DNA of 64,000 nucleotides from Anthoceros angustus (lineage: Eukaryota; Plantae; Anthocerotophyta). Shown one piece after another: positions 1 through 12,149 of the stretch (position 1 is its first letter; each line of letters opens with the position of its first letter). A program made the position numbers and the translations under genes. The stretch is taken from the NCBI GenBank assembly GCA_010909165.1, contig VJWM01000063.1:1759595-1823594 (forward strand), given 5' to 3'. Under the pieces are notes generated by a model. It saw only the letters and a program-made list of their open reading frames with translations, was not told the DNA's origin and ran no database searches.

Positions 1-2190
1 CAAGAGCCTCGCCGCGGCGCGATCGCCGATGAAGCCTTCTTGTCACGACATCGTAAAGCTCCAACCCCGGACGCCACCACCGCCGCAGCAACCCTCCGTG
101 TCTATCCGATGTCCTTCTCCATAATCGAGTGCACGGTCAACACCCGGCGTGGTCCGGATTCCCCATCCTGCACTCTCTCTCGCGCGCCTCGCCGCGGGAT
201 GTCGAAAACATCTTGGCCTCACGCGCTCGCGCATTCCGTTTCGCGCATGGGAGATGGCTGGCAGCTTTCTTCGCAGCCTCCAGGAGGACGGAAGCAGACT
301 GCCATGCCGCAACCAGCCGCTCGTATGTTTTCAAGAATCGACGCCCGGCGGCGGCTGCGATCGCGTTCACCGCCGCCATGCCTCGCCGCCTCCCCATCTC
401 GCCAGCCGGAGGGCGCCCTCCTTTCATCTGCGGAATCGTCAATGACCACGAAGGCCCCACTGCGATTGCCCCCGGTCGAGGCGATGGCACAAAGCCACTT
501 GGTCAAGTCGGATCTCGGTCCGGCCGGAGATCGAGTCTGTCGTCCACCACTTGTGTGCACGTCATCTCCGTCGAAATCCGCTTCCCGCCGCCGCTCCTTC
601 CTCCTCTTCCAAGACCCACTTTTTCGGTAGTTGCGGACCATGAGCAGCGTCATCGGGATCGGGATCCCGGACATACAAAGCGCACCTTGCAAAACGTTAG
701 CGCCTGTGATGCGGTGCTAAGGCGAAACGAGGCGGGTCATCTGTGAGGCTGCGATCGGCGAAGCTGCGGGCTTGCACCTGCCAGTTCGCTGAAGCAACCA
801 GGCCCAAATTCTTGCGGGAAGGCGGAAGAGGGCTGCCACCTGGTCCACGAGTGCGGCCGCCAGAGTCCCCGGATCAAACTCGGAACCGTCATACCTCGCT
901 CCCACGGGCATGGCAGCCGGTACGTGCAACTCCACCACTGTGCAATCTGCTGCAGCAATCCTCTTGACAAACCGCCTCCCCCCATCTGCCTCTGGTCCTA
1001 AGTGGATGGCCTCGTAAATGCGATTCTGCGGAACCGTGATAGCGAGCTTCTTCATGTGCACTCGGCCCTGCGCTGCCAGACGCCCGCCCTCTCTGCCGTC
1101 TCCCCCCCCCAGGAACCATAATCGGGTGATTGCGGCGTTGTGTGAGGGGGATGTTTCCCATAGCCGCACGCACCGTTGCAGGTTCCGGCGCCGTGGAGGG
1201 AACGTGCACCCCCACCCTCACTGTCCCCGGAAGGTACCTGCTCCGGTCGCTGCGCCCAGACTGCGACGCCGAGCCTGCAATGGACACTTCTGGCCAAGGG
1301 TCCGCCGCACCAGTGGCCGCTGGTGTCTGGCAAACACCGGAGGGGCCTTGCGGATTGCCTCGCGCACTGTGAATTCTAGCAGGCGTGCAGGAGGCTTGCA
1401 AACGCGATGAGGCCGACCTTGGCAGTGGGGGATTTGACTGGAAGACATTTGCATCCTCGTCGTCGGAGTTCACCCAATCTCCGAGAATGTCGTCACCGCC
1501 ATCGTGCACAGCATTCAGACGGCGACGGCGCTCCGGCCTCTCCTCGTTCGCCATGTTTTCACTTGGATTGGTGCACAGTCCACCAAAAAAAAGATGGGTG
1601 TGCCTTGGTCACGGCCGCGCGATTTCCGGTCAAGGGTGGAGATGGCGGGGGCGGCGTGTCCGCGATGGCGACCAGCCGCGCCCCGATCTGCAGGAAGATA
1701 CGGGCGCCGTCTCCCGTCTTCACTTCTGCGCGACAAGAGCGGAGGTTCATTATTTCGTGAGTCGTGCCCCAAACGCCTCAAACCCCGCTTAGGATTAACA
1801 AAAATGCCCGCCTTTCGATGTACGGAAACACGACATTCATTACATCGGAAAGACGGAGATGGGCGCCGCGTTCCGCCGTCTCCGGCATGCACCTCGTCGG
1901 ATGGCGCATTGTTTAAGGCGGATGGTGGAGATGAGGACATCTTTGCTGCGCCCTTCTAGAAGACGCGTTGTTTATGTTTGAAGTATTCGTGCGGAGGGAC
2001 CGGGCAGAGGCCGTGGACAAGAATGCGGCGCGACGCTTGGGAAGACGCGGTCGCATCTTCAGCAGACAGGGCCATGCTGCATGCCGGTGGCGGTCGTGAG
2101 CAGTTGGCGGCCTCGTCTACAAAACATCGTGCGCTCACGGAAGGGGATTCCGACATGACCAAGGACGGCCGTGTTCGCTCGTAGCAATTT
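1..2190 (-). other. GC-rich mosaic of overlapping ORF fragments, possibly one frameshifted unknown (TE-borne) coding region
   Basis: Successive minus-strand ORFs (1978-2184, 1515-1940, 889-1554, 717-1169, 137-490) contain protein-like stretches in changing frames. No family motif recognised. Confidence 0.2.
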
Positions 2191-2392
2191 GCGGTTTTGT
2201 CAAATCACTTCCTCCATACATTCACCCAAGCATATATAGTGAATTTGTCCTGCATTTCGAACGAATGGATGGCGGAATAACGGATGGATATTGAGTATGA
2301 GGTTTTTGTTCACACATGGCTAGTAGGAGGGTTTTGGGCCAAACTATAAGGCCCAAAAAGGATGGAACATAATGCATAATGTTTTCAATTTT

Positions 2393-2610
2393 CAAAGGCC
2401 AAGGAAGATAGTGGTACATATAGTACAGAGGACTTGACAACCTTGGCCTTTGGGATATTTGAAAGGAGGAAACATCATGCATGGTGTGTCCATGCCAAAG
2501 GCCAAGGAAGGCGAGAGGCATATACTACAAAGGACATGTCATCCTTGGCATTTGGGATTTGTCACAAACGAAACATCATGCATGTTGTTTCAACCACCAA
2601 AGGCCAAGGA
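2393..2610. repeat. ~102-bp tandem unit carrying the motif CCAAAGGCCAAGG in alternating orientation
   Basis: (C)CAAAGGCCAAGGA at 2393, 2495 and 2597; reverse complement CCTTGGCC/ATTTGG at 2441 and 2543. The period is 102 bp. Confidence 0.8.
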
Positions 2611-3039
2611 AGTTAGTGCTACATATACGGTAGGCTTGGTCTTCCCATATGTGTGTGTCAATAGTTGGATGGCAGTAGATGTAAAGGTAAAACATCTTTA
2701 GGGTTTAGCGAAGGGACGTTGGCGTGTTAGAGCATGTGCACATATGCATGTAATCCCATATATAGACATAAATATTACATATGTCTTGTTCCTTGGACTT
2801 TGGCCTATAGTAGGATTGATAGGACATGCTAGCATCCTTGAAAGGTTGGTATATAATATATGGATATATATGTAGGAGAAAGTTGAAAAATAAGCATGCT
2901 GCTGCACAGGATGTGCTCAGGTTTTTTCTTCCTCTATCCCTTGCAGAAAGGAAATTTTCCATGCATCGTCGATAAAGTTTCTTGGCATATGCCTAAGGAT
3001 CTTTGTGCAGGTAGCAATGAAAAAGCTTCTTATTTTTTG

Positions 3040-4100
3040 TTTCCCTTTTCTATGTATCGCGAAAGGGTTTTCCTTTATATGCATCAATGAAAAGGGTCCT
3101 TGCACTTTGGTACAAGTGACTGATAATGTCTTCGCCTTGGAAAAGAGGTATATTATGTTCTCTATATGCGGGAAAAACCGTATACCGCATGATATGTGAG
3201 AAGTTGTGCTCTCTAGTTTTGCCTTCTTCTATCCTTCGTCGATGGCAAGTTTCCATGCATCATGAACAAAGTTCCTTGGGGCATGGGGAATGAACTTTGT
3301 CCATGATGCATGCGAAATCGATATTGTTTTTGCCCTTTTCTTCTGGTTTTTTCGCTTGACTTCGGGAAAATGGTCCTTGGCCTTTGGTAGAAGTGAATGG
3401 TAATGTCTTCATCTTAGAACTAAGGTATATTATGTATGTCTATATATGCAAGAATAACACCGTTAACGTGCATGATAGGATAGAAGTTGTGTTGTGGGTT
3501 TTCCTTTTGTGCTTTCGCTTTTTCCATGCATCCGACGAGTTCCTTGGCCTATGGCGAAGGCTTTCAGTGCATTGAAAGTTCCTTTCCATATGTTACCTTT
3601 TGTATGCTTCGTGCATCTTTCCCGACATGTGGGAAAAGGCTCCTTGGCCTTTGGCACATGTGACTATGAATGTATTCGCCGTTGAACCGAGGTATATCAT
3701 GTATGTCTCTATATGTGCAGAATAACAACGTAAACCTACATGACATGGGCGAAGTTTTGTTTTGGTTTTGTCCCCTTGTAATCTTCGCCTGTGGCAATTC
3801 TTTGAATGCATCCTCCAAAAAGCTGTTTGGCCCATGGGGATTGATTTTTTCCCACGATGCGACGGAAATTTTCCTTATGTTTTTTCCCGGTCTGTATGCT
3901 TGGCCTATGTGTATGCTTGGCCAATGGAATTGTCTCTACATGCATCATCGAAAAGGGTCCTTCGCCTATGGTACAAGACATTGTTCATGACCGGTCTTTG
4001 AAACTAGTTATAGCATACAGCTATATATGTAGGAATAACGTGGAAAACAAACATGGTGCTTGCGGTTGGTATACGATTTTCCCTCCGCATCGTGTAAATC
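3040..4100. repeat. Degenerate AT-rich tandem repeat, ~270-315 bp unit
   Basis: Related blocks TCCTT(G/C)GCC(T)TTGG...GGTATAT(T/C)ATG...TATATG recur near 3096, 3374, 3641 and 3956. Confidence 0.65.
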
Positions 4101-7100
4101 ATTGGCCACATGGCGGATGACGTTTTGGATGATGCATGCCATTACGTTGTCCTCCATGACGCACTTGTTGTTCTCAAGGTTGTGGAGTCCGAGGCACAAA
4201 CGCCAAGGCAGCGGCAAACTCCGTCGCGCGATCCACAACGGCGGGTGAACGCGTTGGAAGCCGCCCGAACTTGCCGTGATGGGCGGAACGAACTGGCCAT
4301 ACCGGGGAAAGAGCGGCGAGGAAGAATGGCGGGGCGCGAGACAATGCGGCGGGGCGGTAGTGCATAGAACGGGTTTGGCCGCTGCCATCCCGTGTTGTAA
4401 GGGCGATTGGTGTGGAGGTGATTATGCGTGCGTGGACACCTCCCGGCCTCTACACGGTGTAGGGTGCGGAACAGCGGTGGATGAACACGCCGGAAGTGTG
4501 ATGGATGGGAGGAAGGAGCCGAGTGGTGCGCGTGCTCGGCGATGGCACCGGACGGTGGGCAATCGCTTTTTCCGCAGCGCACATCCTTGGAATGGGCGAG
4601 GAGTTTGCATGTGGCTAGTGGAAACGCCGAGGAGGTGGTGCGGAAGGTCAAGGAGGACTTACAGTGCAGCTTAACGATCACAACACACGAGCGAGAAAGG
4701 CGGTTGTCGTGCAGTGCCGTCTTGCCGAGGAGGTGAAGCTCCGGTGGGACAAAGGGAAAAGGAATCGGGGAGGACGGCCCAAGCGGGATGGCCGTTGTGG
4801 AAGGGAAGGCGGAGGAGGAGGCGGGAGTGGCATGGATGATGGGAGGACGTTTCGGTGAGGAGGTGCGGAGGAAGGGGTCTAGCAGACCATTTTGTTTTCT
4901 TGCTTTTTTGCTTGCTATGCGATCACATTATGACCTTGCCATCTTTGCATTAGTGGCAATGGTAGTAGTAGTGGCGGTGGCGCTTGTGGACCGAGACGGT
5001 GACCCACTATTATATTGGTGGTAGAAACCCCGAAAATGATTCTAAATAGTGATGTGTTAGGCGGTCCAAGATACGCCCATCGCGAGTGTCATGTGAAGAG
5101 GAAAGGGGTTGGCGGTTAAGGACACGAACACAAGGAGGGCCAAAAGGGTTGACAAATCGCTAGTGCACCTAAATGTCATGGTTGCCATGCGGTTAGTCGG
5201 CGGGTGGACGACACCGAGTTCATGATGAGTGGCGAGCGCGCACGAACCGATGCTTGCATGCGAGAAAATTGTCCCGTAAGGCGGCCGCGCCGCGGCAATG
5301 GCAACGGACGCCGCCACGGTGAGCGCCATCCCGCAAGGCCGCGCGGTGGAAAACAACGGCGCAAAAAGGCGCGGTGGCGGGCGGGGAGTAAAGCGAGTCG
5401 GCGAAGGAACTGCTTTCAGTGCATTGAAAGTTCCTTTCCATATGTTACCTTTTGTATGCTTCGTGCATCTTTCCCGACATGTGGGAAAAGGCTCCTTGGC
5501 CTTTGGCACATGTGACTATGAATGTATTCGTTGAACCGAGGTATATCATGTATGTCTCTATATGTGCAGAATAACAACGTAAACCCGCATGACATGGGCG
5601 AAGTTTTGTTTTGGTTTTGTCCTTGTAATCTTCGCTGTGGCAATTCTTTGAATGCATCCTCCAAAAGTTGGCCCATGGGGATTGATTTTCCCACGATGCG
5701 CCGGAAATTTTCCTTATGTTTTTTCAGTGCTATGGCCTATGTGTATGCTTGGCCAATGGAATTGTCTCTACATGCATCATCGAAAAGGGTCCTTCGCCTA
5801 TGGTACAAGACATTGTTCATGACCTGGTCTTTGAAACTAGTTATAGCATACATATATATGTAGGAATAACGTGGAAAACAAACATGGTGCTTGGGTTGGT
5901 ATACGATTTTCCCTCCGCATCGTGGTAAATCATTGGCCACATGGCGGATGACGTTTTGGATGATGCATGCCATTACGTTGTCCTCGCATGACGCACTTGT
6001 TCTCAAGGTTGTGGAGTCCGAGGCACAAACGCCAAGGAACGGCACAAACTCGTCCCCGCCGCGATCCACAACGGTGCGTTTGGGAAGCGCCCGAACTTGC
6101 CGTGATGGGCGGAACGAATCGGCCATACCGGGGAAAGAGCAGAAGCGACCGAGGAAGAAGAATGGCGGGGCGCGAGACAATGGAAGCGGACGACCGGGTG
6201 CATAGAACGGTTGGTGGCGGCTGCCATCCCGGTGTTGTAAGGCGATTGGTGTGGAGGTGATTATGCGTGCGTGGACACCTCCCGCCTTCTACACGGGTGT
6301 AGGGTGCGGAACCATGGATGACGAACACGCCGGAAGTGTGAAGGATGGGGAGGGAAGGAGCCGAGGTGTGGTGCGCGTGCTCGGGCTGATGGCGACGACA
6401 ATGGGCAATCGCTTTTCACCGCGCACATCCTTGGAATGGAGGCGAGGAGTTTGCCGCTGGTGGCTAGTGGAAACGCCGAGGAGGTGGTGCGGAAGGTCAA
6501 GGAGGACTTACAGTGCAGCTTAACGATCACAACACACGAGCGAGAAGGCGGTTGTCGTGCAGTGCCGTCTTGCCGAGGAGGTGAAGCTCCGGTGGGACAA
6601 AGGGAAAGGAATCGGGGAGGACGGCCCAAGCGGGATGGCCGTTGTGGAAGGGAAGGCGGAGGAGGAGGCGGGAGTGGCATGGATGATGGGAGGACGTTTC
6701 GGTGAGGAGGTGCGGAGGAAGGGGTCTAGCAGACCATTTTGTTTTCTTGCTTTTTTGCTTGCTATGCGATCACATTATGACCTTGCCATCTTTGCATTAG
6801 TGGCAATGGTAGTAGTAGTGGCGGTGGCGCTTGTGGACCGAGACGGTGACCCACTATTATATGCAATTGGTAGAAACCCCGAAAATGATTCTAAATAGTG
6901 ATGTGTTAGGCGGTCCAAGATACGCCCATCGCGAGTGTCATGTGAAGAGGAAAGGGGTTGGCGGTTAAGGACACGAACACAAGGAGGGCCAAAAGGGTTG
7001 ACAAATCGCTAGTGCACCTAAATGTCATGGTTGCCATGCGGTTAGTCGGCGGGGTGGACGACAATTGAGTTCATGATGAGTGGCGAGCGCGCACGAACCG

Positions 7101-7272
7101 ATGCTTGCATGCGAGAAAATTGTCCCGTAAGGCGGCCTCCCGGCGATGGCGGCGGGGCGCCTCCCCATGGCCATGGCGGCGGGGCGCCTCCCCATGGAGG
7201 CGGCAGGCGCGGTGGAAACAACGGCGCAAAAAGGCGCGGTGGCGGGCGGGGAGTAAAGCGAGTCGGCGAAGG
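3553..7272. repeat. Tandem duplication, ~1.85 kb unit (3553-5399 / 5400-7264)
   Basis: The copies are colinear and differ mostly by small indels. GGCGAAGG occurs at 3553, 5400 and 7265. Confidence 0.9.
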
Positions 7273-8560
7273 AGGCGGGGAGTGATGGAGAAGGAGACAA
7301 GCGCGGCGGGAAGCGGGCGGCGGGAGGGGAGGAGGCGGACGGCGGCATGGTGCCGCTGGGAGGAGGAGACACTCTTCCTTGGCGGGGCGGCGAGGCGGGG
7401 CGGAGGAGGAGGCGGGGAGGGCAGCCTCCCCATGGCCATGGCGGCGCGGCGAGGCGGCGGGCGGGGAGGCGGAGGCGGGCGGGGCGCCTCCCCATGGAGA
7501 AGGAGGCGGGCGGGCAGGGCTCCCGGCGATGGTGGCGGCGGCGCGGGGCCCAGCGGCGGCGCGGGGAGGGCATGCCTCCCCATGTCCGAGACGGGAGGCG
7601 GGGGGAGCGCCCCGCCTCGGAGGAAAGGGGGCAGCCTCCCGGCGATGGAGGCTGCGGCAGCGGGTGCCCGGCACAGAGCAGGCGGGGAGGGCACTGCCTC
7701 CCCATGGAGAAGGCGGGCGGGGCGGCAGGCGCCTCCCGGCGATGGGCGGCGGCAGTGCAGGGGCCCAGGCGTGGCGCGGGCGGGGAGGGCATGCCTCCCC
7801 ATGGAGCATGGAGGCGGGCGGGGAGGCGAGCCGCCTCCGCCTCGAAAGGGGCCGTGGCCTCCCCGATGGAGGCCGCAGCAGCGGGGTGCCCAGCGGGCGC
7901 AGCGGGGAGGGGAGCCGCCTCCCCATGGAGAAGGAGTCGGGGCGGCAGGAGGCGCCTCCCAACGATGGAGGCGGCAGTGCGGGAGGGCACTGCCTCCCCA
8001 TGGCGGAGGCGGGGAGGCAGGCGCCCGCCTCCAAGGCAGGGGGCAGGTGGCCTCGCGATGGCGGCAGGCGCGGGGCGGCGGCGGCGGGAGGCGGGCGGGG
8101 GAGCCTGCCTCCCCATGGAGAAGGCGGGCGGGAGGCGGGGCGCCTCCCCATGGAGGCGGCAGCAGTGGGGCCCAGGCGGGGCGCAGCGGGGAGGGCACAT
8201 GCCTCCCCATGTCCATGGCGACGGGAGGCGGGGGAGAGTCGCCCGCCTCGGAGGAAAGGGGGTGCCTCCCAGCGATGGAGGCGCAGCGGGTGCCCGGCGG
8301 CGCGGCGGGAGGCACGCCTCCCCATGGAGAAGGAGTGGGAGGCGCAGGCGCCTCCCGGATGGCGGGGGCCAGCGGGCGCGGGGAGGCTCGCCTCCCCATG
8401 GCCATGGAGGCGGGGGGCGTGGAGGGCAGAGCCGCCTCCGCCTCGAGGAAAGGGGCGGCTGGCCTCCCCTCGGCGATGGGCGGCGGTGGCGCGGGAACCC
8501 CAGCGGCGGGCGGGGGGCGCGCCTCCCCATGGTGATGGACGTGGAGGTGGGCTGGAGCGG
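7130..8560. repeat. Very GC-rich, G-skewed tandem array built on GCCTCCCCATGG, with a ~205-220 bp higher-order period
   Basis: CCTCCCCATG recurs about 15 times. The CCCATGGAGAAGG subtype is near 7487, 7697, 7918, 8107 and 8317. Long ORFs are open in most frames. Confidence 0.85.
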
Positions 8561-8781
8561 AGGAGCCAGCGGTGGAGGAGACGTGGGGGAGGGCAGGTTG
8601 CCCTCCCCCACGGCGATGGCGGGGGCAGATGCTGCCACTGCGCAGCGGCAGAGGGAGAGGGAGCGGGAGCATTGCGCATTGGAGGAGGAAGGCAACCCCG
8701 CCTTTGGGGACGACGGGGTCGTTGAGGACGGCGAAGGAGGGGCGATTGCCGCCGAGGCCGAGGCCGAGGGGGGAGGAGGGG

Positions 8782-10172
8782 ATGGAGGCAGGCTGCCTCA
8801 CGCGGCCGGGCCCGAGCCGGAGGCCGAGCTCGGGCATGGCGGTGGCAGTGCCATGTCCGCCGCCGCCATGCCCGACCCCGAGGTCGGCCATGGTGGCGGG
8901 AGGGCGATGACTGCCGCCGCCGAGGCCGACGGAGGCTGGCGATGGCGGGATCGAGGCGGGAGGGAGGCGGGAGGGCGAGTCGCCCGCCTCCCCATGGAGG
9001 CGGAGGCGAGCCGCGCGCCGGGCGGCGATCTCAGGAGTGGGGCCAGGCGCCATCCGGTTGAGGAAGGCGTATGGGAGGAATAACCCGTTCCATCGGTGGC
9101 GCCATCTCGGCGTGGGCAGCAGCAGATTAGGCGGAGGCTCGGCGGTGCGGAGGAGGCGGAGGCTGCTGCTGCGCGAGCTCACGGCGGTGGAGGAGATCCG
9201 GCGGCACCCGTGAGGAGGAGGAGGAGGAGGAGGAGGGGTGGGAGCAACCGGTGTGTGGCGGGGCGGAGGCCATGTCGGAAGAAGATGGAGAGCGGAGTGC
9301 GGCTCAACCCCAACTCGGAGGGCGAGCACAAGGGGAGGAAGCGCGACTCGTCGGACACGGTCCGGCGGAAGCGCCGCGGCGGTGCCTCGACGCCCAATGC
9401 CCGGACGCTACCGCCGGAGGCGGACGCGCCACCGATGAGAGCGATGAACGGGAATGCTCGGCCGCCGAGGCCATGGAGGCAGCCTCACGCCGGGCCCGAG
9501 CCGGAGGCCGAGCTCGCATGGCGGTGGCGGCACGTCCGCCGCCATGCCCGACCCCGAGGTCGGCCATGGTGGCGGGAGGGCGATGATCGCCGCCGAGACC
9601 GAGGCCGACGGAGGCCGCGGGCGATGGCGGGATCGAGGGCGGGATGCGGAAGGCGTGGAGGGGCGACGCCGCGGCCGGAGCGGACGAGCCGCCGGCCGGG
9701 CGGCGATCTCGGGGGAGGAGGAGCGGAGGCTGCTGAGGAAGGCGTATGGGAGGAATAACCGCCATCGGTGGCGCCATCTCGACGTGGAACGGAAGCAGCA
9801 GATTAGGCGGAGGCGGGGCGGAGGCCATGGAGGCGGAGGCGGAGGCGGAGGCGCGCGCGAGCTCACGGGCATGGAGGAGATCCGGCGGCATGTGAGGAGG
9901 AGGAGGAGGAGGAGGAGGAGGGGTGGAGCAACCTGTGACGGTGGCGGAGCGGAGGCCATGTCGGAAGAAGATGGAGAGCGGAGCCCAACCCCAACTCCGC
10001 GGAGGGCGAGCACAAGGGGAGGAAGCGCGACTACGAGGAGCTCGACACCTGTCCGGCGGAAGCGCCGCGGCCAAGGTGCCCGACGCCCAATGCCCGGACG
10101 CTACCGCCGGAGGCGGACGCGCCACCGATGAGAGCGATGAATCATGGAATGCCGACGCCGAGGCCATGGAGG
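8782..10172. repeat. Tandem duplication, ~0.69 kb unit (8782-9472 / 9473-10165)
   Basis: Colinear GC-rich copies that include (GAG)n runs. ATGGAGG occurs at 8782, 9473 and 10166. Confidence 0.85.
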
Positions 10173-11039
10173 GCACAATTAAGGTTCTCCGCAGATGATG
10201 AAGCGCATGGAGGACGAGGGAAGTAGGCGTCGTCATCCATTGTGCTCGAGTTGCATCACCAATATTAGGTTTTTGCATAGGGGGCCCAAGCATGCGCCTT
10301 AGGAAGGCCGCGGTAGGAGATAGGGTTGGATGCTAGCTGTGCAATTTTGCGATGTGAGCAGTGGACATCCTTTTGTGATCAATGCAATGGCAGCCCTTCG
10401 CTGTGAAATTTGGCTCTTTGCACGCAGCATGAACATTCTTGGCGAGGTTGTTGGGTACAGGGCGGAGGTGGTGGGTCGCCATCCCTCTTCTGCTTCGAGC
10501 ATCGTGCTTCTTCTTGTTTGAAAGAGGATCGTGGCTCTCATTGTTTCCGATCGTGGGTTCCTTAAGGAATACACGGTCCCAAAGTCCATAGTGCGAAGGC
10601 GAGGAACGGCCGTGGGCTGTGCATGGTTCGCAAACCATGGCCGTGCCGCGTGCCGTCATTACTGCGATACCCATGCCGGTAGTGTGTAGGGTTTGACAAT
10701 CAATGGAGCGGCCGCGGCACGTTAGGGTTTGGTGGCCATTGGATTCCCTCGAAGAAAACTTAATGGCACAAGGTAGTGCGGAAACATTCGAAAACATAGT
10801 GTCCCGTCTCTTTGTTTTCAAAGGTGAAAGCACTGAAAATTTTTCAAGGACACCCGTTTCGAGGACATTGTGTGTGTCCCCTTTGGTGCTTGGCCGCTCT
10901 TGGTTAGGGCGCCAAAGCGGCCATGTGGCCATGTGCTGTGAAAAAAGAAACCGTACTGGAATGTACGGTATATTCCTCAAGATCCCCACGCCTTGCATGG
11001 GTTTCGCGAAAAAAAAAATGTCCCATCCCCTCTGTCCCC

Positions 11040-11544
11040 TTTGGTATGCCATAGATCCGAACGAAGTGATTCTCAGTTTCGGACTCAGGAACCCGCTCAG
11101 ACGAAGCGTAGTCTACCGCAAAGCGGAGGTAGCCTAGCCGGTGCCGCCGGTGACAGGCAGCTCATGCACGTCGTCTGCGAGGTTCCAGAGGCCGGAGATT
11201 TGGAGCGAGCTGCCGTACTACTCGCTGGGCGCGGTGAAGAAGACGGTGAGGTCCTCCTGAAAGGTCTCGCTGCCCGGGGTGTTGGAGTTGGAGACGTACA
11301 TCCCCTGCGCGAAGCCCAGGCGAGGGCTGTCCATATGATGACGCACCCGGTGAGAGGATAATCGAAAAACGGTGCCCTTGCCGAACTGCGAGGCTCTGTT
11401 GCCGCCCTCGAGTACCGATCCGAACACCGGCGTGGAGTCCGTGAAGTGCATCCAGAATCCCACCACGTATTTGGTGGCCGCTGCCTCGCTCGCCCAGAGC
11501 AGAAGCAGCAGCACAGCCAGGCTTAGCCACTCCAGCCCCGCCAT
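11040..11544 (-). pseudogene. Dirigent protein, disrupted by frameshifts and stops (pseudogene or sequence error)
   Basis: Signal peptide MAGLEWLSLAVLLLLLWASEAAA, followed by dirigent motifs across frames: FGKGTVFDYPLT, RLGFAQGMYV, GSSLQISG, ELPVTGGTG, YLRFA. There is an in-frame TAG near 11219 and several indels. The 3' end is approximate. Confidence 0.75.
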
Positions 11545-12149
11545 CGCTGCAGACGCGCCAATCTGAACTTGTTGCCTTCGGGGCCTATGAGGTACAGAGA
11601 CGCATACCCACGGTGTATTATGAGGCGACAAAACATCACACTTTCTCCAGAGGAATTTCTAGAACAGAATTGGGTTCCAGGCAAGATGATGTCAGAAAAA
11701 GCCTCTCAGGTCGCCAAGGAACTGACTCGGGACCCGCATTTTGCTTGCCTGGCAACTACAAAATCCTCGCTCAGGAACTCCAAACCTCTACGGTCTTCCG
11801 GGCTACTTGAATGACTCCTACCGAAGATTGGTTCTAAGACTAGGCTCACACAACTAATAGGGGGACTTGCCAAGTGCACAATATGTAACAAGGGAATATA
11901 TACGTCACTTCACTTTAAATGCTGGTCAGTTATTGGTGTGGCCTTCCCCCAGGCTGACTGTTTCAACCCCTTATGGAGGTTAGGAGCACAGCAAGTTTCT
12001 GATTAATGATCCAAACTATCTGTAGAAAGCTCAGAGATGACAGTACTGACTAGACGTCCTAGTGCACGAAAGCTATCCTGAGGTTTCAAATTGATGCTTA
12101 GTGTAGCTCTGCCCCCCTAGGACTCCTGAGCAGATGCATAACAAGGAAG

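Noticed and set aside
2236-2240. TAGTG as a CACTA terminus
   Set aside because: No partner terminal inverted repeat or 3-bp TSD could be identified in the window.
2699-2707. TAGGGTTTA and similar words as telomeric repeats
   Set aside because: These are isolated single units with no array.
7025-10293. Long ORFs of 330-750 aa in several frames on both strands
   Set aside because: They are by-products of a GC-rich, stop-poor tandem repeat. The translations are low-complexity and open in nearly all frames.
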